Under the pieces are notes generated by a model. The model saw nothing but the letters and a program-made list of their open reading frames with translations, made no database searches and was not told the origin of the DNA. Below, one piece after another: positions 37,001 to 47,731 of a stretch of DNA of 64,000 nucleotides (within the stretch, counting starts at the first letter, position 1; each line of letters starts with the position of its first letter). A program made the position numbers and the translations under genes. Location of the stretch: the NCBI GenBank assembly GCA_965178125.1, contig OZ237750.1:992001-1056000 (forward strand). The letters are read 5' to 3'. This DNA is from Bilabrum cf. latius. Its lineage: Eukaryota.

Positions 37001-39117
37001 AACGGCAGCGCGGCACCGGGCTTCTTGGAGTCCTTCACCTTGCGCTTGTTCTTCATGGAAGCCACGGCCGAGCCCATGGCCGCGGGCACGAGACCCCTGA
37101 TCATGGCGCTGATCTGCTCGGGGAGCTGGCCCCTCTTGGCCGCCACCTTGCCCTCCTCCGCCATGGCCACTCCCATGAAGGCGGCTCCTGCCGCGCGCCG
37201 CACCAGCTCCGTGGAGCGCCTGGAGGACGAGCGGATGAGCGCCAGGCACGCCGGGATCGTGTCGCAGATGTGCTTCTTGCCGGGGTCGGACGCACCCCCT
37301 TTGCTCGCGCGCTCAGCATCAGCCGCCGCAGCCTCCGCCATGTCCGCGTCGCTCACCTCGTGCTCCTCGGGTGCCACTGCGCCCACGAGACCTGCGCCCA
37401 GCCTGGCAATCTCGTCCGGGTCCGTGGGGTCTGCGGGAGGGGGTGCGGACGGCGGCACGGCAGGGAGCCCGTCTCCGTCTTGCTCTGGGCCTGCCTGTGG
37501 CTCGGACCCCGTGCCCTAGCCGCTGCCTCCGTCCCCCGAGCCCTGCTTGCCGTGTTCCCCGGCCCCACCCCTGCCTCCTGCCTCGCTGTCGCAGTCCGTC
37601 CCCACGCCCTCTCTGCATGCAATCACCTGCGCCTGGTCCTGCATGGCGCGCATCAAGCGACCCCTCTCCTCCTCCCGCAGCCGGGCCCCCTCGCTCAGCC
37701 CAGCATCCAGCCCCTCTAGCGGGTCCTCGCCGATTGGAGCTCTGCCGCTGCCATCCGTGCCCCCGCCTGACCCATCCAGTCCCAGCCGGCCCGCCTCGTT
37801 GGCTGCCACAGTGGACAGATCCGCCTCGGACAGCCGGGCCTGCCCCCCGCTCGCAGCCAGCAGCAGCTGAGCGCTCACCATCCTCAAGGCAGACCTCCAC
37901 CCATCGCGCATCCGCAGCAGCCGCTTCAGCACCCTGACGGCCTCTTCCTGCTTTTCCCGCGCCTCTGCCAGAGCGCGCGCAGCCCCGGACTCTCTCTAGG
38001 CCAGCGCGGCTGCCCCCGCTCGGATGCCATCGAGGGCCCGCTCCGGTGTGCTGCTCCCAACCCCGCCCTCCCCCGCGCCCCGTTTGGCCTGCTCCCTTGA
38101 ATACCCTCGCACGTCTGCCTGTCGCTTGGCGAGCTCTGCAGCTGCCCTCCGCACGTGTACGGCCGCATCTAGCACGCGCCCCTCCTGCTCCGAGATCTCC
38201 TTGTCCACCTCGTGCAGCCAGGAGGTCAGGAAGGCCAGCTTGAGGCGGAGGTACGGCACCGGGTCACGGGGCTGCTGCTGGTCCTCGTCCTGATCTGCCC
38301 CTGTGCCTGACTGGCGCGAGGTCACGTTCCCTCGGTCCTCGATGGCCTGTTCCCTGGCCCTCTTCACGGCTCTCGCCCGGTCCTCCGCAGCATCCCTCCG
38401 GCTCTCTGCCGACAGGGGCCTGTCCCTCTCGCGGTGGGCAAGGTCCGTGCGCGCGCGGGCGGCGGCACGGGCGTGGAGGCGGTCTGCGTCCTGCTGGGCC
38501 ATGTCTCGGGCCTGCGCCGCCGCCCGCAGCCGCACCGCAGCGTTCCTGGACTGCAGCCGGGCCATGGCGCGGGAGGCCTCCGCGAACCCAGGGGGCAGCC
38601 CGCCGCCAGGGTCTTCCCTGCGCGCCTCCTTGCCCGGATCCATCACATCCGTGCCTGCGACGAATGGGTACTCGGCTCCTCGGAGCGGGGACGCCTTCTG
38701 CATCCTGTCGAGCACAGCGCGAGCCCCGCCCGCCTGGTCGAGAATCTGGTCCGCAGGACTACCTTTCCCATCGGGCTTGTAGGCGCCCGGCTCCGGCGCA
38801 AGTTTGATAATGTGGCCGCGGATACTGGCACGGGGCGATGCGTCCTGCTGCAGCAGCGACGGCGCCGCCCCGGCGGTGCCCGGAAAGACGGAGCCGTCGG
38901 TGCCAATGCTCGCCTTTGGAAGCCACGGGTTACTTCTGCCGCATAGCTGCCGCCACACCACTTGGTGCTCATCCGATACAGAGTTCCACACGTTGGGAAG
39001 CGCGATAGCATGGGACAGCAGCTCGCAGGTATCATCGTCAGCCTGCTCTTGCACCAGCCTCATGAAGCTACCGAAGACTGGGGTCGCGGCCAGCAGCAGG
39101 GCGGCCTTCCAAGTCAT
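34057..39117 (-). CDS. Large (about 1690 aa) secreted coiled-coil protein of unknown function
   Basis: Signal peptide MTWKAALLLAATPVFG. Five same-frame ORFs joined across TAG 37996, 37516, 35578, 34705; ends TGA 34057. Confidence 0.75.
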
Positions 39118-39359
39118 ACTTTAGTTTTATTGCTTCAATGTCATTCTTGAGCGCTCGTAGGCAACGCAGTGGATGGGTCGGGAAGGGAAACTTGTATCGG
39201 CTTTCTCAACGGAACCAATTGCGCGGCGACTTGAAAAAAAGATCTCGAGCACGACGGGAGGCTTGTAGCTAGACGATGGGGATCGGTTTGGCGCGGCAGT
39301 GACCGTTGTGTCCAACGTGAGAGGGACGTCAACGGGTAGCCTGCAGCGACAGATTCGGC

Positions 39360-41591
39360 TCACCTGCGCTACCCGCCGCTCTCGACTCCCATGGCCTCAT
39401 GCTCCAGCAGGAAGCGGCACGCTTCCAGGTCGTCCACCTCGAGGTGGATGTCCGCCTGTGACACACCAGGGACACTCTCCACGATGCGGCGCACGCGAAG
39501 GGCGATGCGCCCTGCATCCCGAACGCTCAAGGAGTCGTCAACAGACACCTCCATCTGCACGTGCGCGCCCGCGTCCCGGCCGAGCCCCGCCCCTCCACCT
39601 CGACCCCCATTTTCACCTGCATCCCCATCACCTTCATCCAGGACCTGCCCGTCCCCGTCTCCTCCATCGGGCCCGGATTGCTTGCCCCCGCCTGCTTGCT
39701 GGAAGTAGATTCGGATGTGCGAGACCGCCTTCACCTCTTTCTCCCCCTCGAGCACAGCCTGCAGGATGCGGCGCTCCATCGAGGTCACGCTCTCGGTCCA
39801 TGGCTCCGTCTCGCTGCCAGGTCCCGGGCCCGACTCGCTGCCGTCGTGCCCGAGTCCCTGCTCCAGGTGCTGTGCATGCCCATGCCCATGCCCATGGTCG
39901 TGCGCATCTCCCCCGTGCATGTGCCCGTGGTCGTGCCTGTTGCTGTCGAGAGCGCCCCCGGCCCCAGCCCCGTGCTCCGAACCGTTGCTGGTGCTGGTGC
40001 TGGTGCTGCTGCCACCCTCTGCGACAACGACTGCGTGGTTGAAGTGCCCGTTTTTGACCTTCTCTGCATCACTCTGTGTGCCAACCTGTGTGCTCTTGGC
40101 GGCACCAGCCCCGGGACTCTCCTCCTCCGCCTGCTGCTGCTGCTCCCCCGTCCGCCAGTCGTCGTCGCAGATGCACTCCCCAAGCCGTTGTGCCCCAGCT
40201 CCGTGGGGAACGCCAGAAGACCCCAGCTGGGGCAGTGTCCCGGTAGCCCCCCCACCCCGGTGCGCGAAGGTCCGCACGATGACATCAGCCACGTCAGGCG
40301 CGGTCCGCATCACCTCGGCCCTCAGCTGCTCTGCCACCCGCTCGGCGGCACTCACCGTCAGCTGCGGACTCACCCCCGCCTCCATCTCCACCAGCACGTA
40401 GTGCCCCAGCCGCCGTCCCCTCACCTTCCGGTAGCACCTCACGTCCTCCAGCCGAACTGCCGCAGCCCGGGCCCTGCCCAGCGCGTCGTCCACGCCCACC
40501 TGCTCCTCGGACAGCTCTCTCAGGGCGTCCCTGCCCTGCCCCAGCGCCACCTGCACGATGAGCGCCGAGACCACGAGCCCCGCAGCGGGGTCCAGCGCGG
40601 GTACCCCTGCGATGGCCCCCGTGATGCCAGCAAGGGCGGTGAGCGAAGAGAGGGCGTCCGAGCGGTGGTGCCATGCGTTGGACACAATCGTGGGGGAGCC
40701 GATGCGGGAGCCCACGTCCAGGGTCCACCGGAACAGCGCCTCTTTCGACACCACAGAGAACAGGGCCACTCCCACGGCCGCGGCTGCCAGCCCGTAGTTG
40801 CCGGCGGAGCCCTCCGACACTAGGTCCAGCAGCATCTGGTCCGCTTCCCCCGGGCCGGGGGCTGCGAGGGAGGTGCCAGTGCCGGTCCCACTGGCAGGGG
40901 CCATGGAGGCCGCTTGCTCAAAGGCACTGCTTACCTGCGATACCAGCGAGTGCGAGACGGACCCCTCCCCCGTGCCACCGCTGCTGCTGGCAGTGACAGA
41001 GGGGTCGGGAACAGCAAGAGGCGACTCTGCTCGGCTTGCCGCGGCTCGCTGCGCCATGGCCAGCAGGCGCGCGACTGCATCGTACCCCACACCAGCGCCT
41101 GCCGCAAACAAGAGGCCGGATACCGCTAGCGAACCCATCGTTTCGCGGCGCCCGTGGCCCCATGGCCGGCGTGCATCCGGCGGCAGCCTTGAAGTCTGGA
41201 CCACAAACAGCGTAATAGCGTCGCTAAGCAAGTCAGAAAGCGAATGGACCGCATCGGAAACAAGTGCACTAGAATTACACGCAAGCCCTACTGCACCCTT
41301 TGCCGCAGCTAGGGTTAAATTGAGAGCAGCGCCACCTACAGTCACCCGAACGCCGGCTGCCTGGTGCTCCTTACTCCCCCGCGCAATAGCCCCGGCACCT
41401 GCGGCCCCATGCGAATGACCATGCCCACCGTGAGAATGAGAGTGCCACCGTCTGCCCGAAAAGCACTTGGGCACTGCGGCAAAAGCTGGATAACGATTCG
41501 CACCCAATGCGTGCTGCAAAGCGGCCAACTGATGCACAATAGTGCCTCTGAACCTCTGCGGTCTCAGGCCACGTATCATGCTGCGAGACAT
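39360..41591 (-). CDS. Cation diffusion facilitator (Fe/Zn-CDF, MMT1/MTP6-like), probable mitochondrial presequence
   Basis: SSALVSDAVHSLSD, PWGHGRRE, SNAWHHRSDALSS, His-rich segments and two C-terminal dimerisation-like domains. Arg-rich N-terminus. TAG 39369 is followed by RR and TGA 39360. Confidence 0.9.
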
Positions 41592-41711
41592 AAATCTTAG
41601 TGCGCTTCTGCCATCTTTGTGGCCACTCTATGCCTTTGTTTTACTCCATTTCTCCCGGCGACGTGGTCGTCATTGCACTGTAGCACCGGAATTTGGCCAT
41701 TTTGTCGACCG

Positions 41712-44700
41712 ATGAGCACTCTCGACATGAAGTTCAGGTAGTTTGTGCTATTGTGTGCCGCACTTCACCAAGTAGCAATCGCCCTGCAGCCACCCTCTCC
41801 TTCGCAGCAAGAAGCGGCTGTGCGAGGTCTTGTCGAAGAGCTCGTGCCGCAGCTGCAAGCCTATCTCGATATCAAGGTGCAGCCGTGCGGGACCGCGTGC
41901 CAGGACTCGTACTCTGTTTCAGTGGGTGCGGGCTAGAACATCTCCATTTCCGGCACGAGCGGAGTCGCAGCAGCATCTGGCCTCAGGGCCTACTTGCAGT
42001 CGGAAGGATTCGCCATGGATCTATGCTCGAGCAACCTCGAAGCAGTGCCTGTCCCGCCCCCTCAGCCGAGTCCGGCCTTGAATGCAACATCTCCTGTGTA
42101 TCGAAGGTACGCTTGGAACGTGTGCACCTTCGGGTACACGTCCGCGGGCTGGACCTGGCCCAGCTGGCGGCGAGCCACCAGGATCATGGCCATGCAAGGT
42201 GTCAACACCCCTTTGGCCCTGCAAGGCTTCGAGTACGTGCTTGCACAAGCCTTTGAGGCGGAAGGCGTCAGCGAGGATGGCCTGCAGCGGTACTTCTCGG
42301 GCCTCCCGTTCCTTCCGTGGCAGCGGATGGGCAACTTGGCCGGGCCCATCGCGGCCCCTCTCACTCCCGGGCTGCGGGCCGCTCGGCACCAGCTGCAGCT
42401 GCAAATCCTCGAGCTGCAACTATCGCTCGGCATGGAGCCCGTGCTGCCCTGCTTCTCGGGGAACGTTCCTTCCGAGTGGGCGAGCGCTCACCCCGGTGCC
42501 TCCACGCAGCCCTTCCCCAGCTGGAACGGTGTCACGCAGGAGAGCGCATTCCTGGACCCCACGGACCCTGCATTCGCGCGCATCGGTAGTGCGGTAGCGG
42601 CGATCCAGTCCAAGCTCTACGGTGACGCCACCAGGCTTTTCAACTGCGACATGTGGATGAACGACCGGCACGACTGGCAGCCCCGGAGCGACGAGCCGTC
42701 CTACCTGCGAGCGGCCGGCCTGGCCATCCCTCGGAGCATACAGGCGGTGGTACCCGACGATCGGCCGGCCTGGCCATCCCTCGGAGCATACAGGCGGTGG
42801 TACCCGACGATCGGCCGGCCTGGCCATCCCTCGGAGCATACAGGCGGTGGTACCTGACGATCGGCCGGCCTGGCCATCCCTCGGAGCATACAGGCGGTGG
42901 TACCCGACGAGCGGCCGGCCTGGCCATCCCTCGGAGCATACAGGCGGTGGTACCCGACGATCGGCCGGCCTGGCCATCCCTCGGAGCATACAGGCGGTGG
43001 TACCCGACGATCGGCCGGCCTGGCCATCCCTCGGAGCATACAGGCGGTGGTACCCGACGAGCGGCCGGCCTGGCCATCCCTCGGAGCATACAGGCGGTGG
43101 TACCCGACGATCGGCCGGCCTGGCCATCCCTCGGAGCATACAGGCGGTGGTACCCGACGATCGGCCGGCCTGGCCATCCCTCGGAGCATACAGGCAGTGG
43201 TACCCGACGATCGGCCGGCCTGGCCATCCCTCGGAGCATACAGGCAGTGGTACCTGACGATCGGCCGGCCTGGCCATCCCTCGGAGCATACAGGCGGTGG
43301 TACCCGACGATCGGCCGGCCTGGCCATCCCTCGGAGCATACAGGCGGTGGTACCTGACGATCGGCCGGCCTGGCCATCCCTCGGAGCATACAGGCGGTGG
43401 TACCCGACGATCGGCCGGCCTGGCCATCCCTCGGAGCATACAGGCGGTGGTACCTGACGATCGGCCGGCCTGGCCATCCCTCGGAGCATACAGGCGGTGG
43501 TACCCGACGATCGGCCGGCCTGGCCATCCCTCGGAGCATACAGGCGGTGGTACCCGACGATCGGCCGGCCTGGCCATCCCTCGGAGCATACAGGCGGTGG
43601 TACCCGACGATCGGCCGGCCTGGCCATCCCTCGGAGCATACAGGCGGTGGTACCCGACGATCGGCCGGCCTGGCCATCCCTCGGAGCATACAGGCGGTGG
43701 TACCCGACGATCGGCCGGCCTGGCCATCCCTCGGAGCATACAGGCGGTGGTACCTGACGCGGTGTGGGTCATGCAGGGCGGGTGGCTGTTCGCCTACGAC
43801 TGGTGGAAGGCCGACGGCGGGGCCCGGCGGGAGGCTTTTCTGTCCGGGCTGAACGCATCGGAGGTGCTGGTGCTGGACCTGGACATGGAGCGGGGAAACG
43901 AGCCAGTGGCCTACAAGGGGGGGATACCCTGGGTCTGGTGCCTCCTGCACGCGTTCGGGGGGAGGCCGGGCATGCACGGACACATCGACTGGATCGGCAC
44001 AGCCCCGTTCCAATACCTGCAGCAGCCCGACAGCTAGAGCGCTACCCCAACCCAGGTGGGCATGGGAGTGACGGCAGAGGGCATGCTGACTGATCCGATC
44101 GTCTACGGGCTCTTCTACGACGCGTGGTGGAGCAGTGGGCCCATCCAGGTGGATCGGTGGCTCGGCGGCTACCTCTCGTCTAGGTATGGCCCGGAGTTTG
44201 CGAGCAAGCATGAGGCGAAGCAGGCGTGGGGGCTACTGCTGGGCTCCGTGTACGGGAGCTAGTCTCCTCTGACGGGGTACGGGGGGGCCATGACCCGGCC
44301 GCCTGCCACCGCTCCCCATCAGTCCTATTCCAAGGGCGAGCAGGCGGCGGCAAATGCCTCGCAGGCCTTCCTTGTGCTGGCCGACGCTGCCCTGAACTAC
44401 ACCCATGAGCAGGCGCAGGCGCAGGCGCAGGCTAGTGCTGGGGCATGGTCCGGTCCTTCGATGGCTGCACCCCTCGTGTACGACGTGGTGGACGCGGGGC
44501 GGCAGGCCCTGGACATGTACCTGACGGACGCTGTGAATCTCATGCTCTCTGAGCAGGCAGCCGGTCGTGTCGACGCCACAGAGGCCATGGCCCAGCACGT
44601 GACTTCGCTCCTTGCCGACGCAGAGCAGCTGCTCCGGGGGAGCCCGTGCAGGGACCACTACCTTGCCAACTGGATCCAGGACGCGAGGTCGTGGGCACAG

Positions 44701-45306
44701 CAGGCCCAACAGGGGCAGGGGGCAGGGGCGGGAGCGGCAGGAGAATCCTCGCCCTCGGCGGATGCGCTGGAGCAGGACGCGCGAAATCAGCTTGTTGTCT
44801 GGGGCCCTGGATACGACATTGGGCCTGTGGCTGACTACGCTGGCAAGGCATGGGCGGGTCTGGTGGGGGGGTACTACCTGCGGCGGTTCGAGGCGCTGGG
44901 CAAGGCGGCTGTGCGCGCCGCGGGGTAGGGAGCCGGCGGGTCCATCAATGGGACTGCCTTCCAAGAGACTCTCGCGGGGCTTGCGATGGGCTTCGCGGCG
45001 AGCACGGGCACGGAGGGGATGCCTACCGGGCCCTTGCCTTGGGACCAGGCGCTGGGGAATGCGAGCGCAATCGCGCACCGGCACTTCGAGGACGCGCTCG
45101 CTGGATTTGAAGCTATGGAAGGTGTGGACCATGGGGGCGACGACATCGTGGGGTTCCAACTGTGGAACAACAGCCCGGGGGCGCTGGCGGGGCTGTGCGC
45201 GGCGGACCCGGGGTGTGCTGCCTTCAACTCGAACGGGTACCTCAAGCGGGAGAGGAGCGTGACGCGCACGGGGCTCAAGGGTGTCACATTTTACGCGAAG
45301 AAGTGA
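41712..45306 (+). CDS. Alpha-N-acetylglucosaminidase-like (GH89) with C-terminal Apple/PAN-like module; interrupted by a 50-bp array
   Basis: Signal peptide; NVCTFGY, FLPWQRMGNL, PVLPCFSGNVP, WVMQG, WCLLHAFGG, GVTAEG, DYAGKAWAGLVGGYY. TAG at 41739, 41934, 44035, 44260, 44926. Frame shifts +1 across the array; ends TGA. Confidence 0.85.
42711..43759 (+). repeat. 50-bp tandem array, 21 copies, amplified from GH89 coding sequence
   Basis: Unit tcggccggcctggccatccctcggagcatacaggcggtggtacccgacga; first unit at 42711, last at 43711. One unit encodes the native AAGLAIPRSIQAVVPD. Confidence 0.97.
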
Positions 45307-45462
45307 CATAGGCACAGCGGAAGCTCAGGCGGCGCAAATCGATCTCGGATCGTGGCGCCGCGCACTACGAGTGGATGCTGGTTCCGCGCACGCCGAAGCA
45401 AAACTGTTTTGAGAGATTTCAGATCAGATTTCAGATTGAAACTGGGGACAAGTATCATTAAC

Positions 45463-47669
45463 ATGCAAACAGTGATAGCTGTGACTCTTGCTGGCATGTT
45501 GATTGCAGCTAATACGGCCGCCGAAGGAGTTGCGAAACAAGCTCCGGCTAGGAGCACCCAACAGAAGAATATCTTGCTATTTTACGTGGATGATCTACGC
45601 TGGCAAGGATTCGGTAAATTGGGACCATCATTTATGCGAACTCCAAACTTTGCCCGACTCATGAGTGTGAGCCTGCTGCAGGATAGATCCACCGCCGCGA
45701 TGAACGGGTCAACCCCTGCCTGTGACGCGCAGAGTGTGCTTGGGTCATTTTGCCGACCGCACAGTTCGCTCGCACCATGCGCAGATGGGAATGACATTCA
45801 AAAACAATCAAGTATAGCAAGCCGTGTGCGCTCCTAGCCGAGCTAGTGCCCTGTGCGGCCTGCGTCCAGACTCCACTACGATCTGGGACCTCTGGCATTA
45901 CTTCAGGACCCGCATCGAGGAGAGGTACGATTTCAACGTGACCACTCTTCCGTAGGCGTTCAAAGAGAAGGGGTGGCGAGTGGGAGGGTCCGGAAAGAGT
46001 GAGACTTGAAGCCAGTGACCTGCCCGTGCAAGGGCGCGACTGTGAATTCCCGCTGCGTCGTGATGGTCTCTGCTCATATGTTACCACGCTGGAGTGAAGC
46101 CCCCTTTGAGCCGCAGTCTTCCACCCAGGCCATGCATCAGGAGCAGGTGTTACTGGCCCCGGGGACGACTACCCCATCTCCTGGACGGAGCCCTACTTCC
46201 ACGCGCCTGCGCACCACGACTACCCCTGGAACGCCACGAGCGAGCGCAGCTGGATCGACCTCGACAAGCCAGAGGAAAATTTCCCTGACGCGCAGGTCGT
46301 GCAGAACTCCATCAATCAGATCAAGCAGTTCACGGCCGAGACGCCGGACAAGCAGTGGTTCGTCGCCACGGGGCTGCACAAGCGTGAGTGGAGCAGCGCA
46401 GAGCAGAGCAGCAGCCGGTGGTCTGAACGCCCGCCGGATGGGATGGTTGCTGGTGGAGTGATGTGGCTTTGGAATGACTCGGATGCTGCGTGCATGCGTG
46501 ATGTCCCTGCGATATCGTCCCCCCACTCCCCTCTTCATTCTGCTGTCCCCAGCCCCAGCCCCCCATCGCAGCCCACCTTCCCTTCGTCGCGCCCAAGAAG
46601 TACTACGACATGTACCCGCTAGACACGATCAGGCCAGCCAACAACAGCTACGTCCCCAAGAACCTTCCTAAGATCGAGTGGAGCGACTGGGGCGAGCTGC
46701 GCAACTACGACGACATCGCCGCCCTCAACCTCTCCCGTGCGGAGGCCAACGACATGCCTGACAGCGAGGCCGTGCTCCTGAGGAGGGGCTACTTCGCTGC
46801 CACCTCGTTCACGGACAACCAGCTGGGTGTGCTGCTGGATGCTCTCAAGGAAGGGGGCCACCTCGACAACACCATCATTGCATTCACCGGAGACCAGTGA
46901 GTTGCGCTCCGACAGCTTTCGACAGCATGTCAACTTGCACTCTTGGCACACATGCCAGACCGGTGCTTCCGTTCGATAGCTTGCATACGACCACGCCTGC
47001 CCCTTTGGTTCTCTTTGCACTCGTAGTGGCTGGGACCTCGGCAACCACGCCCATTGGACCAAGCACACCAACTGGGCCAGCAACACAGGAGCGCCCCTGA
47101 TCGTGGTCTCGCCCGACCATCCCCAGTCTCACGGGGTCATTAGCGATGCCATGACCGAGACCGTGGACATCTACCCCACCCTTCTGGACTTGGCGGGGTA
47201 CCCCGTCCCCAAGCGTCTCGAGGGCTTCTCCCTGCGGCCTCTGCTGGAGCAGCCCAGCAAGCCTTGGAAGAAGGCTTCCTTCTCTCAGTACCCGCGGATG
47301 AGCACCCCCGGGACGCACAGGGACGAGAGCTACCCGCACGCGATGGGCTACAAGGTCACCACGCAGGACTTCACCTACACCCGCTGGATGAAGTTCGACA
47401 ATGCCACGGCTACCCGTCACTTTGACGAGGTCATCGCTGAGGAACTGTACGACCACCGCCAGGACGACGGCACCTCCCCCCAGCGGTTCGAGGACTTCGA
47501 GAACGTGAACGTGGTGGACGACCCGGACTTCAAGACCGAGCTGGAGAGCCTGCGGGCAATCCTTAAGGCCAACTGGAATGGCACCGACGTGGTTCCCTCG
47601 TGGGCCGTGGAGGAGCACAACCGCAGGCAGCTGGAGCTGGGCTCACCCGAGACGGTCTGGATGGACTGA
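45463..47669 (+). CDS. Iduronate-2-sulfatase-like sulfatase (formylglycine-dependent), 5 exons
   Basis: Signal peptide; NILLFYVDDLR, V*QAVCAPSRAS (CxPxR), TLP*AFKE, GKIFHPG, GLHKPHLPF, GDHGW, DIYPTL, ELYDH. Introns 45667-45784, 45999-46116, 46384-46571, 46897-47026. TAG 45815 and 45953; ends TGA. Confidence 0.92.
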
Positions 47670-47731
47670 TTCGGTAGGCTTATTCAGCGATTGAAGCGAT
47701 CGAACTAGAAGCATCGTGCGATCAATGCACT

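Noticed and set aside
42711-43759. CRISPR array
   Set aside because: Contiguous 50-bp units without unique spacers, derived from GH89 coding sequence.
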